From Hemiscyllium ocellatum (lineage: Eukaryota), in assembly GCF_020745735.1 (NCBI RefSeq), contig NC_083409.1, positions 19,612,341 through 19,676,340 of the forward strand: a stretch of DNA of 64,000 nt, written 5' to 3'. Each line of letters opens with the position of its first letter. Position 1 is the stretch's first letter. Below, one piece after another: positions 11,166 through 23,199 of this stretch. The notes beneath the pieces were generated by a model. The model did no database searches and had not been told where the DNA came from. It saw nothing but the letters and a program-made list of their open reading frames with translations. A program made the position numbers and the translations under genes.

Positions 11166-13670
11166 TCTTCATAGTCATAGAGTCATACAGCAAACAATCA
11201 GGCCCTTCTGTTTGTCGACATGTCGATGCCAATCAGTCATCACCAAACTCCATTTACCTGCACTTGGTCCATAGCCTTCCATGCACTGGCATTTTATGTG
11301 CTCATCTGGATGTTTCTTAAATGTTGTGAGAGGAGCTTCCTCCACCACCTTCTCAAACAGCACATTCCATATTTCTACCATCCTCTGGAGAAAACAAGTC
11401 CTCAAAACCCCTCTAAATCACTTTTTCATACGGTATGCTTATTGCCTCTGGTCATAGACATGTCTGACATGGGGAAAAGATTCTCACAATTGACTTTGTC
11501 TATGCCTTTCATATTTTTGTATACCTCAACCGGATTCCCCCCAGAGAAAACAAACCCAGTCTATCCAGTCTCTCCTCATAACGAAAATTTTCCATCCCAG
11601 GGAACATTCTGGTTAATCTCCTCTGCATCCTCTCCAGTCCAATCACGTTCTTCCAACAGTGTCACGACCAGAAATGTGCACAATATTCCAGACATGACCT
11701 AACCAGTGCTCTGTCAGGTAACAACACAAATTTCTACTTCCTATATTTTACACTCTGGCTAATGATGGCAATCATCCCATATGCCTTCTTCACCACCCTG
11801 TCTAGCTGTGCTGATACCTTCCAGGATTGATGGACTTGTACACCAAGGTCCCTTTGTTCCTCAGTACTCCCAAGGAACATAAGAACATAAGAACTAGGAG
11901 CAGGAGTAGTCCAAGTGTCCCTTCAACCCTGCTCTGCCATTCAATAAGATCATGGCTGATCTTTTCATGGACTCGGCTCCACATAAGACCATAAGACAAA
12001 GGAGTGGAAGTAAGGCCATTTGGTCCATCGAGTCCACTCCGCCATTCAATCATGGGTGATGGGCATTTATCGACAGTTACCTACACTCTCCCTGTAGCCC
12101 TTAATTCATTGCAAGATTTAGAATTTATCAATCTCTGCCTTGAAGACATTTAATATTTCAGATGCCACTGCGCTCTGTGGCAATGAATTCTTAAGGCCCA
12201 TCACTCTCTAGCTGAAAAGTCTCCTCAGTTCTGTTTTAAACTGACCCTCTCTAACTCTAAGGCTCTGCCCACGGGTCCTAGTACCCCCACCTAATGGAAA
12301 CAATTTCTCAGCATCCACCCTTTCTAAGCCATGCATTATCTTGTAAGTTTCTATTAGATCTCCCCTTCTACACTGGAATGAATACAATCCCAGGATTTTC
12401 AGCCGTTCATCATATATTAGGCTTACCATTCCAGGGATCATCCATGTGAATCTCCACTGGACACGGTCCAGTGTCAATATGTCCTTCCTGAGGTGTGGGA
12501 CTGGACTAAATGGGGCCTAACCAGAGCATTATAAAGTCTCAGTAGCACATCTCATTTTACATTCCAACCCTCTTGATATAAATTAGGAGAAAGTGAGGAC
12601 TGCAGATGCTGGAGATCAGAGCTGAAAAATGTGTTGCTGGAAAAGTGCAGCAGGTCAAGCAGCATCCAAGGAGCAGGAGAATTGGTGTTTCAGGCATAAG
12701 CCCTTCTTCATTCCTGCTCCGCTTTTCCAGCAAAACATTTTTCAGCTCTTGAGATAAATGACAACATTACATTTGCTTTCTTAACCACAGATTCAACCTG
12801 CAAGTTAACCTTTAGAGAATCCAGGACTAGCATTCCTAGATCACTTTGTATTTTGGCTTTATGAATTTTCTCACCGTCTAGAAAATTGTCCATGCCTGTA
12901 TTCTTTTTTCTAAAGTTGAAGACCTGGCATTTCCTCTCACTGTATCTCTTAATTCCTTTATTGCTAAAGAAAATCTGTCTTAGCTTTAAAACATTTACTG
13001 GAGTAGCATCAATTTCTTCATTGAGCAAGGAATTTCATAGATTTATGACCCTCTGGGTAAGAGGTTCCTTCTCAATTCAGTCCTAAATCTGCTCCCCCTA
13101 ATTTTGAGGTTCAACCCTCTTGTTTTAGTTCCACCTGCCAGTGGGAACATCCTCTCTCCTTCTGTCTTATCTATTTTCTTTATAATTTTATTTGTTTCTA
13201 TAAGATTCCCCTCATTCTCCTAAGTTCCAATGAATATATCCCAGTCTACACAGTCTCCCTTCATAAGCCAACCCCCTCCACCTCAGAATTAGCCTCGTGA
13301 ACTTTCTCTGCAGGCCTCTAGTGCTGGTATTGCCTTTTTCAAGTAAGGAGATCATTACTGCATGCAGTGCTCCAGGTGTGGTCTCACCAACACCCTGTAC
13401 AGCGGCAACATAACCTTCCTGCTTTTTAAAATCAATCTCTTTAGCAATGAAGGACAAAATTCCATTTGCCTTCCTAATTGCTTGTTGTACCTGTAGACCA
13501 ACCCTCTGTGATTCATGCATAAGGACACTCAAGGCACATGCCTTTCATTGTGTATATCCTTCCCTTATTAGGCCTCCCAAATCGATCACCTCAGAGGTGT
13601 CAGGATTAAATTACATCAGCCATTGCTCTGCCCAATTTACCAGCTGACCAATATCAGACTGTAGCCTGAG
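11165..13670 (-). mobile_element. Stack of nested 5'-truncated CR1 fragments
   Basis: C-terminal RT ORFs at 12208-12477 and 13212-13532 (LERVQRRFT-like, RRLRGDLIE). Several 3' tails (catagagtcata, cataagaacataag, cataagaccataag). Confidence 0.85.
12585..12725 (-). mobile_element. Penelope-like terminal fragment
   Basis: Same ctgctggaaaag..cagcaggtca.gcagcatcc.aggagcaggag motif as 13912-14006 and 48545-48640. Confidence 0.65.
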
Positions 13671-13679
13671 ACCCAGTAA

Positions 13680-14340
13680 TCCAAGATGGCAGCAGAGTAG
13701 GACACTTCAGACTGAGTTCATCTGCTCCGTCTGTTTCCTTTTCTTCTTTCTATTCCACTTCTCTTTTCCTTTACTTTTGTCCTTCTCCCTTATTTCTTCT
13801 CCCGGGCACGGACTCCCAGCCTCAGTCGCCTGGCCTCTGACCCAGTGCAGACCTAATGATGTGGCCTCTTGGCTTGGTTTGGCAGTGTCCTGGCCTGGCA
13901 GGGAGACCTTCCAGAGCTGAAAAATGTGTTGCTGGAAAAGCGCAGTAGATCAGACAGCATCCAAGGAGCAGGAGAGTCGGCATTTCGGGCATGAGCCCTT
14001 CTTCAGGGATACCTTCCAGCCCAATGGGGCAGACTCTTGGTCCAACATGATGGCCTCTCAGTTTGATGTGGTGGCCTCTCAGCCCAGCTAAGTTCTTAAG
14101 AAACGCTATAATACTTGAACTTCCAGCTTTATTTCTTCATTTTCTACTTAAAACTAAACAGATCTGCAACGTGTAACTTTGAACTTTATTCTTTCTTCCT
14201 ACCTTGTTCTTACGATTCTGTACTGAGGTCCTTGTACCTAAGATGGCACCTTGTGAGGTGGCGTTACATACTTTTCACTGTACTCCAATACTTTTGCACT
14301 CGAATACACGTGACAATAAACTAAAATAAAAATCAAATCA
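13680..14340 (+). mobile_element. Probable non-autonomous element with an L2-like 3' tail, interrupted by a Penelope-like fragment
   Basis: Starts aagatggcagcag and ends cttttcactgtac...acacgtgacaataaactaaaataaaaatcaaatcaa. Family assignment is tentative. Confidence 0.4.
13975..14010 (-). ncRNA. Minimal type-I hammerhead ribozyme motif, probably inactive
   Basis: Minus strand reads CTGAAGA-A-GGGC-tcat-GCCC-GAAA-tgcc-gact: core and stem II intact, but the cleavage triplet is GCC rather than NUH. Confidence 0.55.
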
Positions 14341-14559
14341 ATATCAATAACACCACCAATTTATGTGGCCTCTGAAAAACCTTCGATTTATACAATCACA
14401 GTCAATTTGTTAATGTACATTATAAACAGCAAGGGTCCCAGCCCCAATCCCTGTCTTACACCACTGGTCACAGGTTTCCAATCACAAAGACAACCCTCCA
14501 CCATCACTCTTTGCCTCATATTTGGATCCAATTTGCCAAAATGCCTTGGATCCAATGGG

Positions 14560-16510
14560 CTCTTACAATAACTCCAGGAAAGGCAAGAGAGGTAGGCAAG
14601 TAGTGCAGGAGTCTTCTGTGGCTATTCCCATTTCAAACAAGTATGCTGTTTTGGAAAATGTAGGGGGTGATGGAAACTCAGGGGTACTTAGCATGAGCAG
14701 CCAAGTTTCTGGTATTGACACTGGCTCTAATGTAATGGGAGGTATGTTGGGTTCCAAACAATCGACTGTGTTAGGGGACTCTCTAGCCCGAGGTACTGAC
14801 AGACATTTCTGTGACCAGCAGTGAAAAATCAGAATGGTGTTTTGCTTTCCTGGTGCCAGGATCAAGGATGTCCCCGTGAGGGTGCAGAATGTTCTTAAGG
14901 TGGAGAGGGACCAGCAGGAGGTCATTGTACACTTTGGAACCAACAACAGTGCTTAGCACTGCTGCCTCACAGCGCCAGAGACCTGGGTTCAATTCCCGAC
15001 TCAGGCGACTGACTGTGTGGAGTTTGTACGTTCTCCCCGTGTCTGCGTGGGTTTCCTCCGGGTGTTCCGGTTTCCTCCCACAGTTTAAAGATGTGCGGGT
15101 CAGGTGAATTGGCCATGCCAAATTGCCCGTAGTGTTAGGTAAGGGGTAAATGTAGGGGTATGGGTGGGTTGCGCTTCGGCGGGTCGGTGTGGACTTGTTG
15201 GGCCAAAGGGCCTGTTTCCACAATGTAAGTAATCTAATCTAATCTAAACATAGTAAGGGAAAAGGTTGAGATTCTGAAGGGATATTGCAGAGAGTTAGGC
15301 AGGAATTTAAAAAGGAGGTCCTCAAGAGTAGTCATATCTGAATTACTCCTGGTGCTATGAGCCAGTGAGGGCAGGAATAGGAGGATAGAGCAGATGAATG
15401 CATGGCTGAGGAGCTGGTGTATGGGAGAAGGATTCACATTTTTGGATCTTTGGAAGCTGTTTTGAGGTAGCAGTGACCTGTACAAAAAGGACAGATTGCA
15501 CCTAAATTGGAAGGGGACTAATATACTGGCAGGGAGATTTGCTAGAGCTGCTCGGGAGGATTTAACCTAGTAAGGTGGGCGGGTGGGACCCAGGGAGATA
15601 GTGAGGAAAGATTTCAACCTCAGATTGGTAAAGTTGAGAACAAAGACAAGTCAAACAGTCAGGGCAGGCGAGGACAAAGCAGAGAACAAGGTAAGACTGA
15701 TAAATTAAACTGCATTTATTTCAATGCAAGAGGCCTAACAGGGAAGGAAGATGAACATAGGGCGTGGTTAGGAACATGGGACTGGGATATCATAGCAATT
15801 ATAGAAATATGGCTCAGGGATGGACTGGACTGGCGGTTTAATGTTCTAGGATACAAATGCTACAGGAAGGACAGAAAGGGAGGCACAAGAGGAGGGAGAG
15901 TGGCATTTTTGATAAGGGATAGCATGACAGCTGTACTTAGAGAGGATATTCCCAGAAGTACATCTAGGGAAGTTATATGAATGGAACTGAGAAGAAAGAA
16001 GGGGATAATCACCCTGTTGGGATTATATTATAGCCCCCCTCCAGTAGTCAATGGGAAATTGAGAAATTTGTAAGGAGATTTCAGTTATCAGTAAGAATAA
16101 TGGGGTCGTTATAGTAGGGGATGTTAACCTTCCAAATATAGACCGGGACTGCCATTGTGTTAAGGGTTTAGATGGAGAGGAATTTGTTAAGTGCGTACAA
16201 GACAATTTTCTGATTCAGTATGTGGATGTACCTACTAGAGAAGGTGCAAAGTTCGACTACTCTTGGAAATAAGGCAGGGCAGGTGACTGAGGAGTCAGTG
16301 GAGGACCACTTTTGGTCAGCGACCATAATTCTATTCATTTTAAAATAGTGATGGAAAAGGATAGACCAGATCCAGAAGTTGAAGTTCTAAATTGGAGGAA
16401 GGCTAATTTTGCCAGTATCAGGCAAGAGCTCTGAAAAGCTGATTGGGGGCAGTTGCTCGCAGGTAAAGGGACAGCTGGAAAATGGGAAACCTTCAGAAAT
16501 GAGATAACTT
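14560..16510 (+). mobile_element. CR1 LINE: ORF1 SGNH-esterase region and ORF2 endonuclease, with a SINE insertion
   Basis: VLGDSLARGTDRHFC and VCCFPGARIKDV-like esterase motifs, followed by endonuclease motifs (YFNARGL, IVGDVNLP). Confidence 0.85.
14947..15246 (+). mobile_element. Young HE1-type SINE, slightly 5'-truncated
   Basis: tRNA-like head with B-box ggttcaattcc, retained CpGs, (taatc)n tail, flanked by aaca (14945-14948) and aaca (15247-15250). Confidence 0.9.
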
Positions 16511-16865
16511 AGAACATAGAACATAGAACAATACAGCACAGAACAGGCCCTTCGGCCCACGATGTTGTGCCGAACATCTATCCTAGATTAAGCACCCATC
16601 CATGTACCTATCAAATTGCCGCTTAAAGGTCACCAGTGATTCTGACTCTACCACTCCCACGGGCAGCGCATTCCATGCCCCCAAAACTCTCTGGGTAAAG
16701 AACACACCCCTGACATCTCCCCTATAACTTCCACCCTTCACCTTAAATTTATGTCCACTTGTAACACTCCATTGTACCCAGGGGAAAAGTTTCTGACTGT
16801 CTACTCTATCTATTCCTCTGATCATCTTATAAATCTCTATCAAGTCACCCCTCATCCTTCGCCGT
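16510..16865 (-). mobile_element. CR1 3' end
   Basis: ORF 16583-16960: RRRMRGDLIEIYKMIRGIDRVD...FFTQRVLGAWNALP. Confidence 0.85.
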
Positions 16866-19800
16866 GGATATGGTTTATTTGGACTTTGTAAGGAGAGTAG
16901 ATTGGCGGTTCTGTGGTCAAAAACAAGACTCACGAATAGCATGTTGCCTCCCAGTTGCACGGGTCAGGGATGTCTCAGATCAGCTGCAAGACATTCTGAA
17001 GGGGGAGGTGAACAGCTAGCTGTGATGGTTCATGTAGGCACCGATGATATCGGTAATAAATGGAATGAGGTCCTACAAACAGAATCTAGGGAGTTAGGAA
17101 CCACATTAAAATGTAGGATCTCAGAGGTAGTAATCTCAGGATTGCTCCCAGTGCCATGTGCTAGTCAGAGTCGAAATGAAAATATAGGCAGGATGAATGC
17201 GTGGCTTGAGAGATGGTGCAGGAGGGAGGGGTTCAGATTTTTGGGACATTGCGACTGGTTCCTGGGGAGGTGGGACAATTACAAATCGAGCCGTCTACAC
17301 CTGGGCAGGACTGGAACAAGTGTCCTGTGGGATGTGTTTGATCACACTCTTGGGGAGGGTTCAAAATAGTGTAGCAGAGGGATGGGAACCAAATGAGGAG
17401 GTTAGTGGGCAATAAGGAGGGAGTAACTAAAGCCTGTCAGGAACTAGATATTGAAGTCAGCGTGACTAAGGCTAAGAGTAGGTAGGGAGCAGATGATGAA
17501 TGCAAAGGGACAGATGATCTGAGGTGCATTTGTTTTAATGTGAGAAGTGTAGTAGGTAAGGCAGAGGAATTTAAGGCTTGGACTATTATCTGGGAGTATG
17601 ATGTTATTACTATTACTGAGACTTGGTTGAGGGAATGGCAAGATTGTTAACTAAATATCTCAGGATACAGATGTATCTGATGGGTTCGAGAGGGAGTTAA
17701 AATGGATGGAGGAGTTGCATTACAGGTCAGAGAGGATAGAGAGGATATCACACGTGTGCTGAAGGAGGGCACTATGGAGGACTCGAGCAGTGGGGCAATA
17801 TGGGCAGAGCTCAGAAACAGGAAGGGTGCAGTAACAATGTTGGTGCTATCCTACAAGCCTCCTAACAGTGAACGTGGGCTAGAGGTACAAGTATGTAATC
17901 AGATTATGGAAAGATGTAGGAGTAACAAGGTGGTGATGATGGAAGATTTTAATATTCCCAACATTGACTGGGATTCACTTCATGTTAGAAGTTAAGATGG
18001 AGCAGAATTTGTAAGGAGCATCCAGGAGGATTTTACAGAGTAATGTGGAAATAGTCTAACTCAGGAAGGGGCCATACTGGACTGGTGCTGGGAATGAGTC
18101 CGGCCAGGTGGTTGAAATTTCAGTCAGGGATTACTTTGGTAACACTGACCACAATTCCATAAGTTTTAGAATGCTCATGGACAAATATGAGAGTGGTCCT
18201 CAAGGAAGAGGGCTAAAGTGGAGGAAGGCCAACTATAGCAAAATTTGGCAGGAGCTGGGGAATGTGGATTGGGAGCAGCTGTTTAAAGGGAAATCCACAT
18301 TTGATATGTGGGAGGCTTTTAAAGAAAGGTTGACTAGAGTCAGGACAGACATGTCTCTGTGAAAATAAGGGATTGAAATGGCAGGATTAGGAAACGCTGG
18401 ATGACAGATGAAATTGTGAGACTAGCTAAGAGGAAAAAGGATGCATACGTAAGGTCTAGGTAGCTGAAAACAGACAAAGCTTTAGAAGAATATCGTGAAA
18501 GTAGAACCAATCTGAAGTGAGGAATTAAAAGGGCAAAAAGAGGTCACAAAATATCATTTACAAACAGGATTAAGGAAAATCCCAAATCCTTTTATTCATA
18601 TATAAGTAGCAAGAGGGTGACTAGAGAAAGGGTTGGTCCACTCAAGGACAAAGGAGGAATGTTATGTGTGGAGTCAGACAAAATGGATGAGATTCTTAAT
18701 GAGTGCTTTACATCGGTATTCACCAAGGAGAGGGAAATGACAGATGTTGAAGTTGGGGATAGGTGTTTGATTACTCAGGGTGAGGTCGGCTTACGGAGGG
18801 AGGAAGTGTTGGGTATTTTAAAAGGCATCAAGGTACACAAGTCCCCAGGCCGGGATGGGATCGATCCCAGCTTACTGAGGAAAGCAAGAGAGGAAATAGC
18901 TGGGATCCTTAATCGATATATTTGTAGCAACCTTGAACATGGATGAGGTCCCAGATGACTGGAGAATTGCTAATGTTTAAGAAGGGTAGCCAGGATAATC
19001 CAGGCAAATATCAACCAGTGAGCCTGATGTAGTGGTAGGGAAGCTGCTGGAGAAGATACTGAGGGATAAGATCTATTTACATTTGGAAGAAAATTGACTT
19101 ATCAGTTATAGGGAGCATGAAGTTGTGCAGGGAATGTCATGTCTTACCAACTTTATAGAATCTTTTGAAGAAGAGATGAAGTTGATTGATGAGGGAAGGG
19201 CTGTGGGTGTCATATACATGGATTTCAGGAATGCATTTGATAAAGTTCACCATGGTAGCCTGATGAAGAAATTAAAGTCACATGGGGTACAAAGTGTACT
19301 CACTAGATGGAGATAGAACAGGCTGGGCAACAGAAGACAGACAGTAGTAGTGGAAGGAGTTTCTCAAAATGGAGAACAGGAATCCGTGCTGGTACCACTC
19401 TTGCTTTGGAAAGACATCAATGATCTGGAGGAAGGTATAGGTGATCTGATTAGCAAGTTTCCAGATGACACTAATATTGGTGGAGTAGCAGATAGTGAAG
19501 GGGACTATCAGAGAATGTAGCAGAATATAGAATATAGACAGATTGGAGAGTTGGGCAGAGAAACGGACGGATGGAGTTCAAACCAGGCAAATGCGATCTG
19601 ATGAATTTTGGAAGATCCAAATCTGGAGTAAACTGTACGGTGAATGGAACACCCTGGGAAAATTGATGCCCAGAGAGACCTGGGTGTTCAGGTCCATTGT
19701 ACCCTGGAGGTGACAACACAGGTCGACAGAGTGGTCAAGAAGGCATATGGCATACCTTCCTTCACCAGACGTGGTATTCAGTACAAGAATTGAAAGGTCA

Positions 19801-20352
19801 TATTAGAATTATATCAGCCTTTGGCTTGGCCACATTTGGAATACTGCGTACAGTTCTGGTTGCCACATTACCAGAAAGATGTGGATGCTTTGGAGAGGGT
19901 GCAGAGGAGTTTCACCAGAATTGCCTGGTATGGAGGGCACTAGCTATGAAGAGAGGCTTAGTAGATTAGGATTATTCTCATTAGAAAGTCGAACATTGAG
20001 GGGGGACCTGATTGGGGTCTACAAAATCATGAGAGGTATAGACAGGATGGATAGCAAGAAGCTTTTTCCCAGAGTGGGGGACTCAATTGCTCTGGGTCAT
20101 GAGTTCAAAGTGAGAGTGGAAACATTGAAAGGAGATATGCGTGGAAAGTTCTTCACACAGAGAGTGATTGGTCCTGGAACACGTTGCCAGTGGAGGTGGT
20201 AGAGGCAGGCACAATAGCATCATTCAAGATATATCTAGATAGATACATGGATGGACAGAGAGCAAAGGGAGATAGACCCTTGTAAAATTGATGACAGATT
20301 TAGATGGAGGATATGGACCAGTGCAGGCTAGTAGGGCCGAAGGGCCAGTTCT
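16866..20352 (+). mobile_element. Long decayed CR1 LINE (ORF1 esterase end, endonuclease, RT, 3' tail)
   Basis: Collinear ORF remnants at 16902, 17702, 18108, 18617, 19125 (VIYMDFRNAFDKVHH) and 19879. Interrupted by multiple stops. Confidence 0.9.
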
Positions 20353-20399
20353 TGTGCTGTAATTTTCATTGCTCTTTGTTCTTTGAACTGAGGAAGCTC

Positions 20400-21240
20400 T
20401 AAGGAACAGAGTGATCTTGGGGTGCTTCTCCACTGATCCCTGAATATGGCAAGACAGGTTAACAGAGCAGTTATGAAGGCATAGGGGACACTTGCCTTTG
20501 TCATGTCAGGTATCGGTTTTAAAAGCAGGAGGATATGCTGCAGTTAAGTAGAACATTGGTGAGGCCACAGCTGGAGTACTGTGTGCAGTTCAGGTCACCA
20601 CACTGTAGGAAAGATGTGATTGCACTGGATGGGGCGCAGAGGGGAATCACCAGATGTTGTGTGGGATGGAAACTCTCAGTGATGAAGAGAAATTGGATCA
20701 GCTCGGGTTGTTTTCTTCAGAGCAGAGAAGGTGGAGGGGGACCTGATCGAGGTGTATACGGTTATGAGGGGAATGGACAGGGAGGAGAGAAAGCAGCTGT
20801 TCTCCTTCTTGGGAGGGTCAATAACAAGTTGGCTCACATTCAATGTCAAAGATAGGAGGTTTCAAGATGTTTTGAGGAAAGTGTTTTTTACCCAGAGGGT
20901 GGTGGGGGTCTGGAATGCACAGCCTGGGAAAGTAGTTGAGGTGGGAAACCTCACAAACTTTAAAAAGTACTTGGTGGTGAACAGTTGAAATATCATAACA
21001 TTCAAGCTATGGGCCACATGTTGGAAACTGGGATGGTATAGTTTTAGTGTAGTTTGGCTGGTACACAGTTAATGGGCTGAAGGGCCTCTTCTACACTGTG
21101 TGATTTTATGATTCTGTTGTGTGCAGTTTTGGTTTCCTTATCTGAGGAAGGATGTTCTGGCTGTGGAGGGAGGACAGCGAAGGTTTACCAGACTGATTCC
21201 TGGGAGGACAGCATTTAGATCTGATGAGAAACTGGATTGG
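20400..21240 (+). mobile_element. CR1 3' fragments
   Basis: ORFs 20535 and 20731: LVRPQLEYCVQF, GDLIEVY, FFTQRVVGVWN. Confidence 0.85.
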
Positions 21241-21610
21241 TGAGGCCAAGTTTGTAAAGAGTCTGGCTGAGCAGCAGACAGTGCTCAGGGAGAGGGATGG
21301 AGTTTGTACCAGGATCTGAAGGGGATGGCTTTGATCTTCCCAATGTGTTTCACAGTGAGCCTGGCTCCTCAGTCCTGACTGCTCTTAGCTGCTGTGATTG
21401 TCACTGATCGGACACTTATTATTAGTGATTCTGACCACAGTAGAAAGCCCCAGTGTAAAAAATAACTGCAAAGACTGTCAGATCGCAAGGTTGAAACTTC
21501 ACCAAAAGAGGAAGTGAAAGAAGGAGCTCGGAGCAGCTGGATGTTTGTTACTGAGACGGGAGAAAACTGTGAACTGTCTGCGCTGCCTGGAATCTGACAG
21601 CACAGGAGGC
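21240..21610. repeat. Segmental duplication, copy 2; inverted partner at 2696-3066
   Basis: Reverse-complement match to 2696-3066. Confidence 0.9.
21416..21539 (+). promoter_or_regulatory. Candidate B-cell enhancer module, copy 2: MEF2-type site (21416-21425), EICE GAGGAAGTGAAA (21508-21519), E-box CAGCTG (21534-21539)
   Basis: Motifs read directly. Lies about 5.2 kb upstream of the V leader ATG. GGAAnnGAAA is the PU.1-IRF4/8 composite consensus. Confidence 0.5.
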
Positions 21611-21779
21611 TGGTTCTGGGATTTTTCTTTTCAGAAACAGCACAGTGATGGAAAAAAGGACAGTCACTCTCTCACAAACACACACGCCTGCACTCGGAGA
21701 TCAGAAACAGAATCCAGCAGCAGCTCTGTCTCCAAGCTGTGGAACCTGCACAGAATTGTTCCCTCATTCAGTTTTTAAC

Positions 21780-22285
21780 TGGCAGGATAGACCAAGCAGG
21801 GGAGGCAACACAGTAGTGTGTACAGTCGGAAGGGAGTTGTCCTGGGAATCCTCACCATTAACTATGGAATCCATGAAGCCTCATGGCAGCAGATCAAACA
21901 TGGGGAAGGAAACCTCCTGCTGATTACCACATAGCACCGCCCTCCCCTCCAACCTCAACTGAGCAGTCAGTCCTCCTCCATGTTGACCAACACTTGGAGG
22001 GAGCACTGAGGGTGGGAAGGATGCAGGATATACTCTGAGTAAGGGACTTCAAAATCCACCATCAAGAGCTTCTCAGAAGCATCACTACTGAGCAAGTTGG
22101 TCAAGTTCCACCTGATTCAGCTGCTAGACTGGACCTGGGGCAGGTGGTGAGGGAACCAACATGAGGGAAAACCATACTCACCATCACCCTCACCAATCTG
22201 CCTGCTGCTGGTGTATATGTCTATGACAGTATCAGTAAGGGTGACCACCGCACAGTCCGTGTGGAGACAAAATCCCATCTTCACA
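21780..22285 (+). mobile_element. L2-like LINE endonuclease fragment, same family as 330-1610
   Basis: Shares agggagttg.cctggga..., gagggagcactgagggtg and agtgaccacc motifs with 640-1060. Confidence 0.75.
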
Positions 22286-23199
22286 TTGAGATTGCCTTGC
22301 ATTTTGTTGGGCAAGAGATATGGGATGTCAGGAAGAACTTTTTTTAGCAGCAATTGGTAATGACTTGGAAATTAGTGCCCATTCAGGTGAGGCAGGTGAA
22401 GACACTCAGTGATTGCAATGGCAGATTGGATGGGCTCTTGATGGAAATAAACCTGCAAGGCCCTGGATGTCGAGTAGGGGAGGGGGTGGGACTGACTGGA
22501 TTGCTCCATGAAATGACAGCATTTACACACTTAGTCTCACCTTTACACAAAGACAGGGAGAAACAGACAAACCAGTTCACAGAAGTGTTTTCTCAAGCAA
22601 AACACTCTTGAACCAACTCAGAGAACACACCAGTCTAGATTTACTAGAATAAATCAGCAAATCAATGGCAAGGGAACAGCGACCCAAAAGTGTTGGAACT
22701 GAACAGTATATTCAATATCACAAACAACGAGAGAGGGAGGGATGAAGGGCAGGAAGGTAGAGAGGGTACTCTTAGGGTCTGAAGGCTCTGCTGTCAATGG
22801 TGGGATGGAGGAAGCAACAATGGGCAGGAGACCAGAGACAGAAGGTGGAAGGGGGAGGGAGGGAATGTGAGTCTACAGCAGGACACAGAGTGAGGGGGGA
22901 GGGAGGCCATGGAGGCAATTGGCTGGCAGTGAGGTCAGATTCTGGAACAACTGTAGTTGTGAGACAGGGAAGGGATCGCTCCACATCAGACAAGTTGGGG
23001 TTTATGGAATGTGGCTTCAGGAAGCTGGGAGAGGACATTGAAATCATAGAGTCAGGAGGTGGGATGAGCAGGAATTGGGGTTTCTGTGGTCAAGAGACTG
23101 AGGTAATGCAGAGACAAACAATGTTGTGCAGATTGAAATAAGGGACCTGGGTAATGGACAGGATGTGGGGTTCACAGCTCAGATACTGGACAGTCCGGT

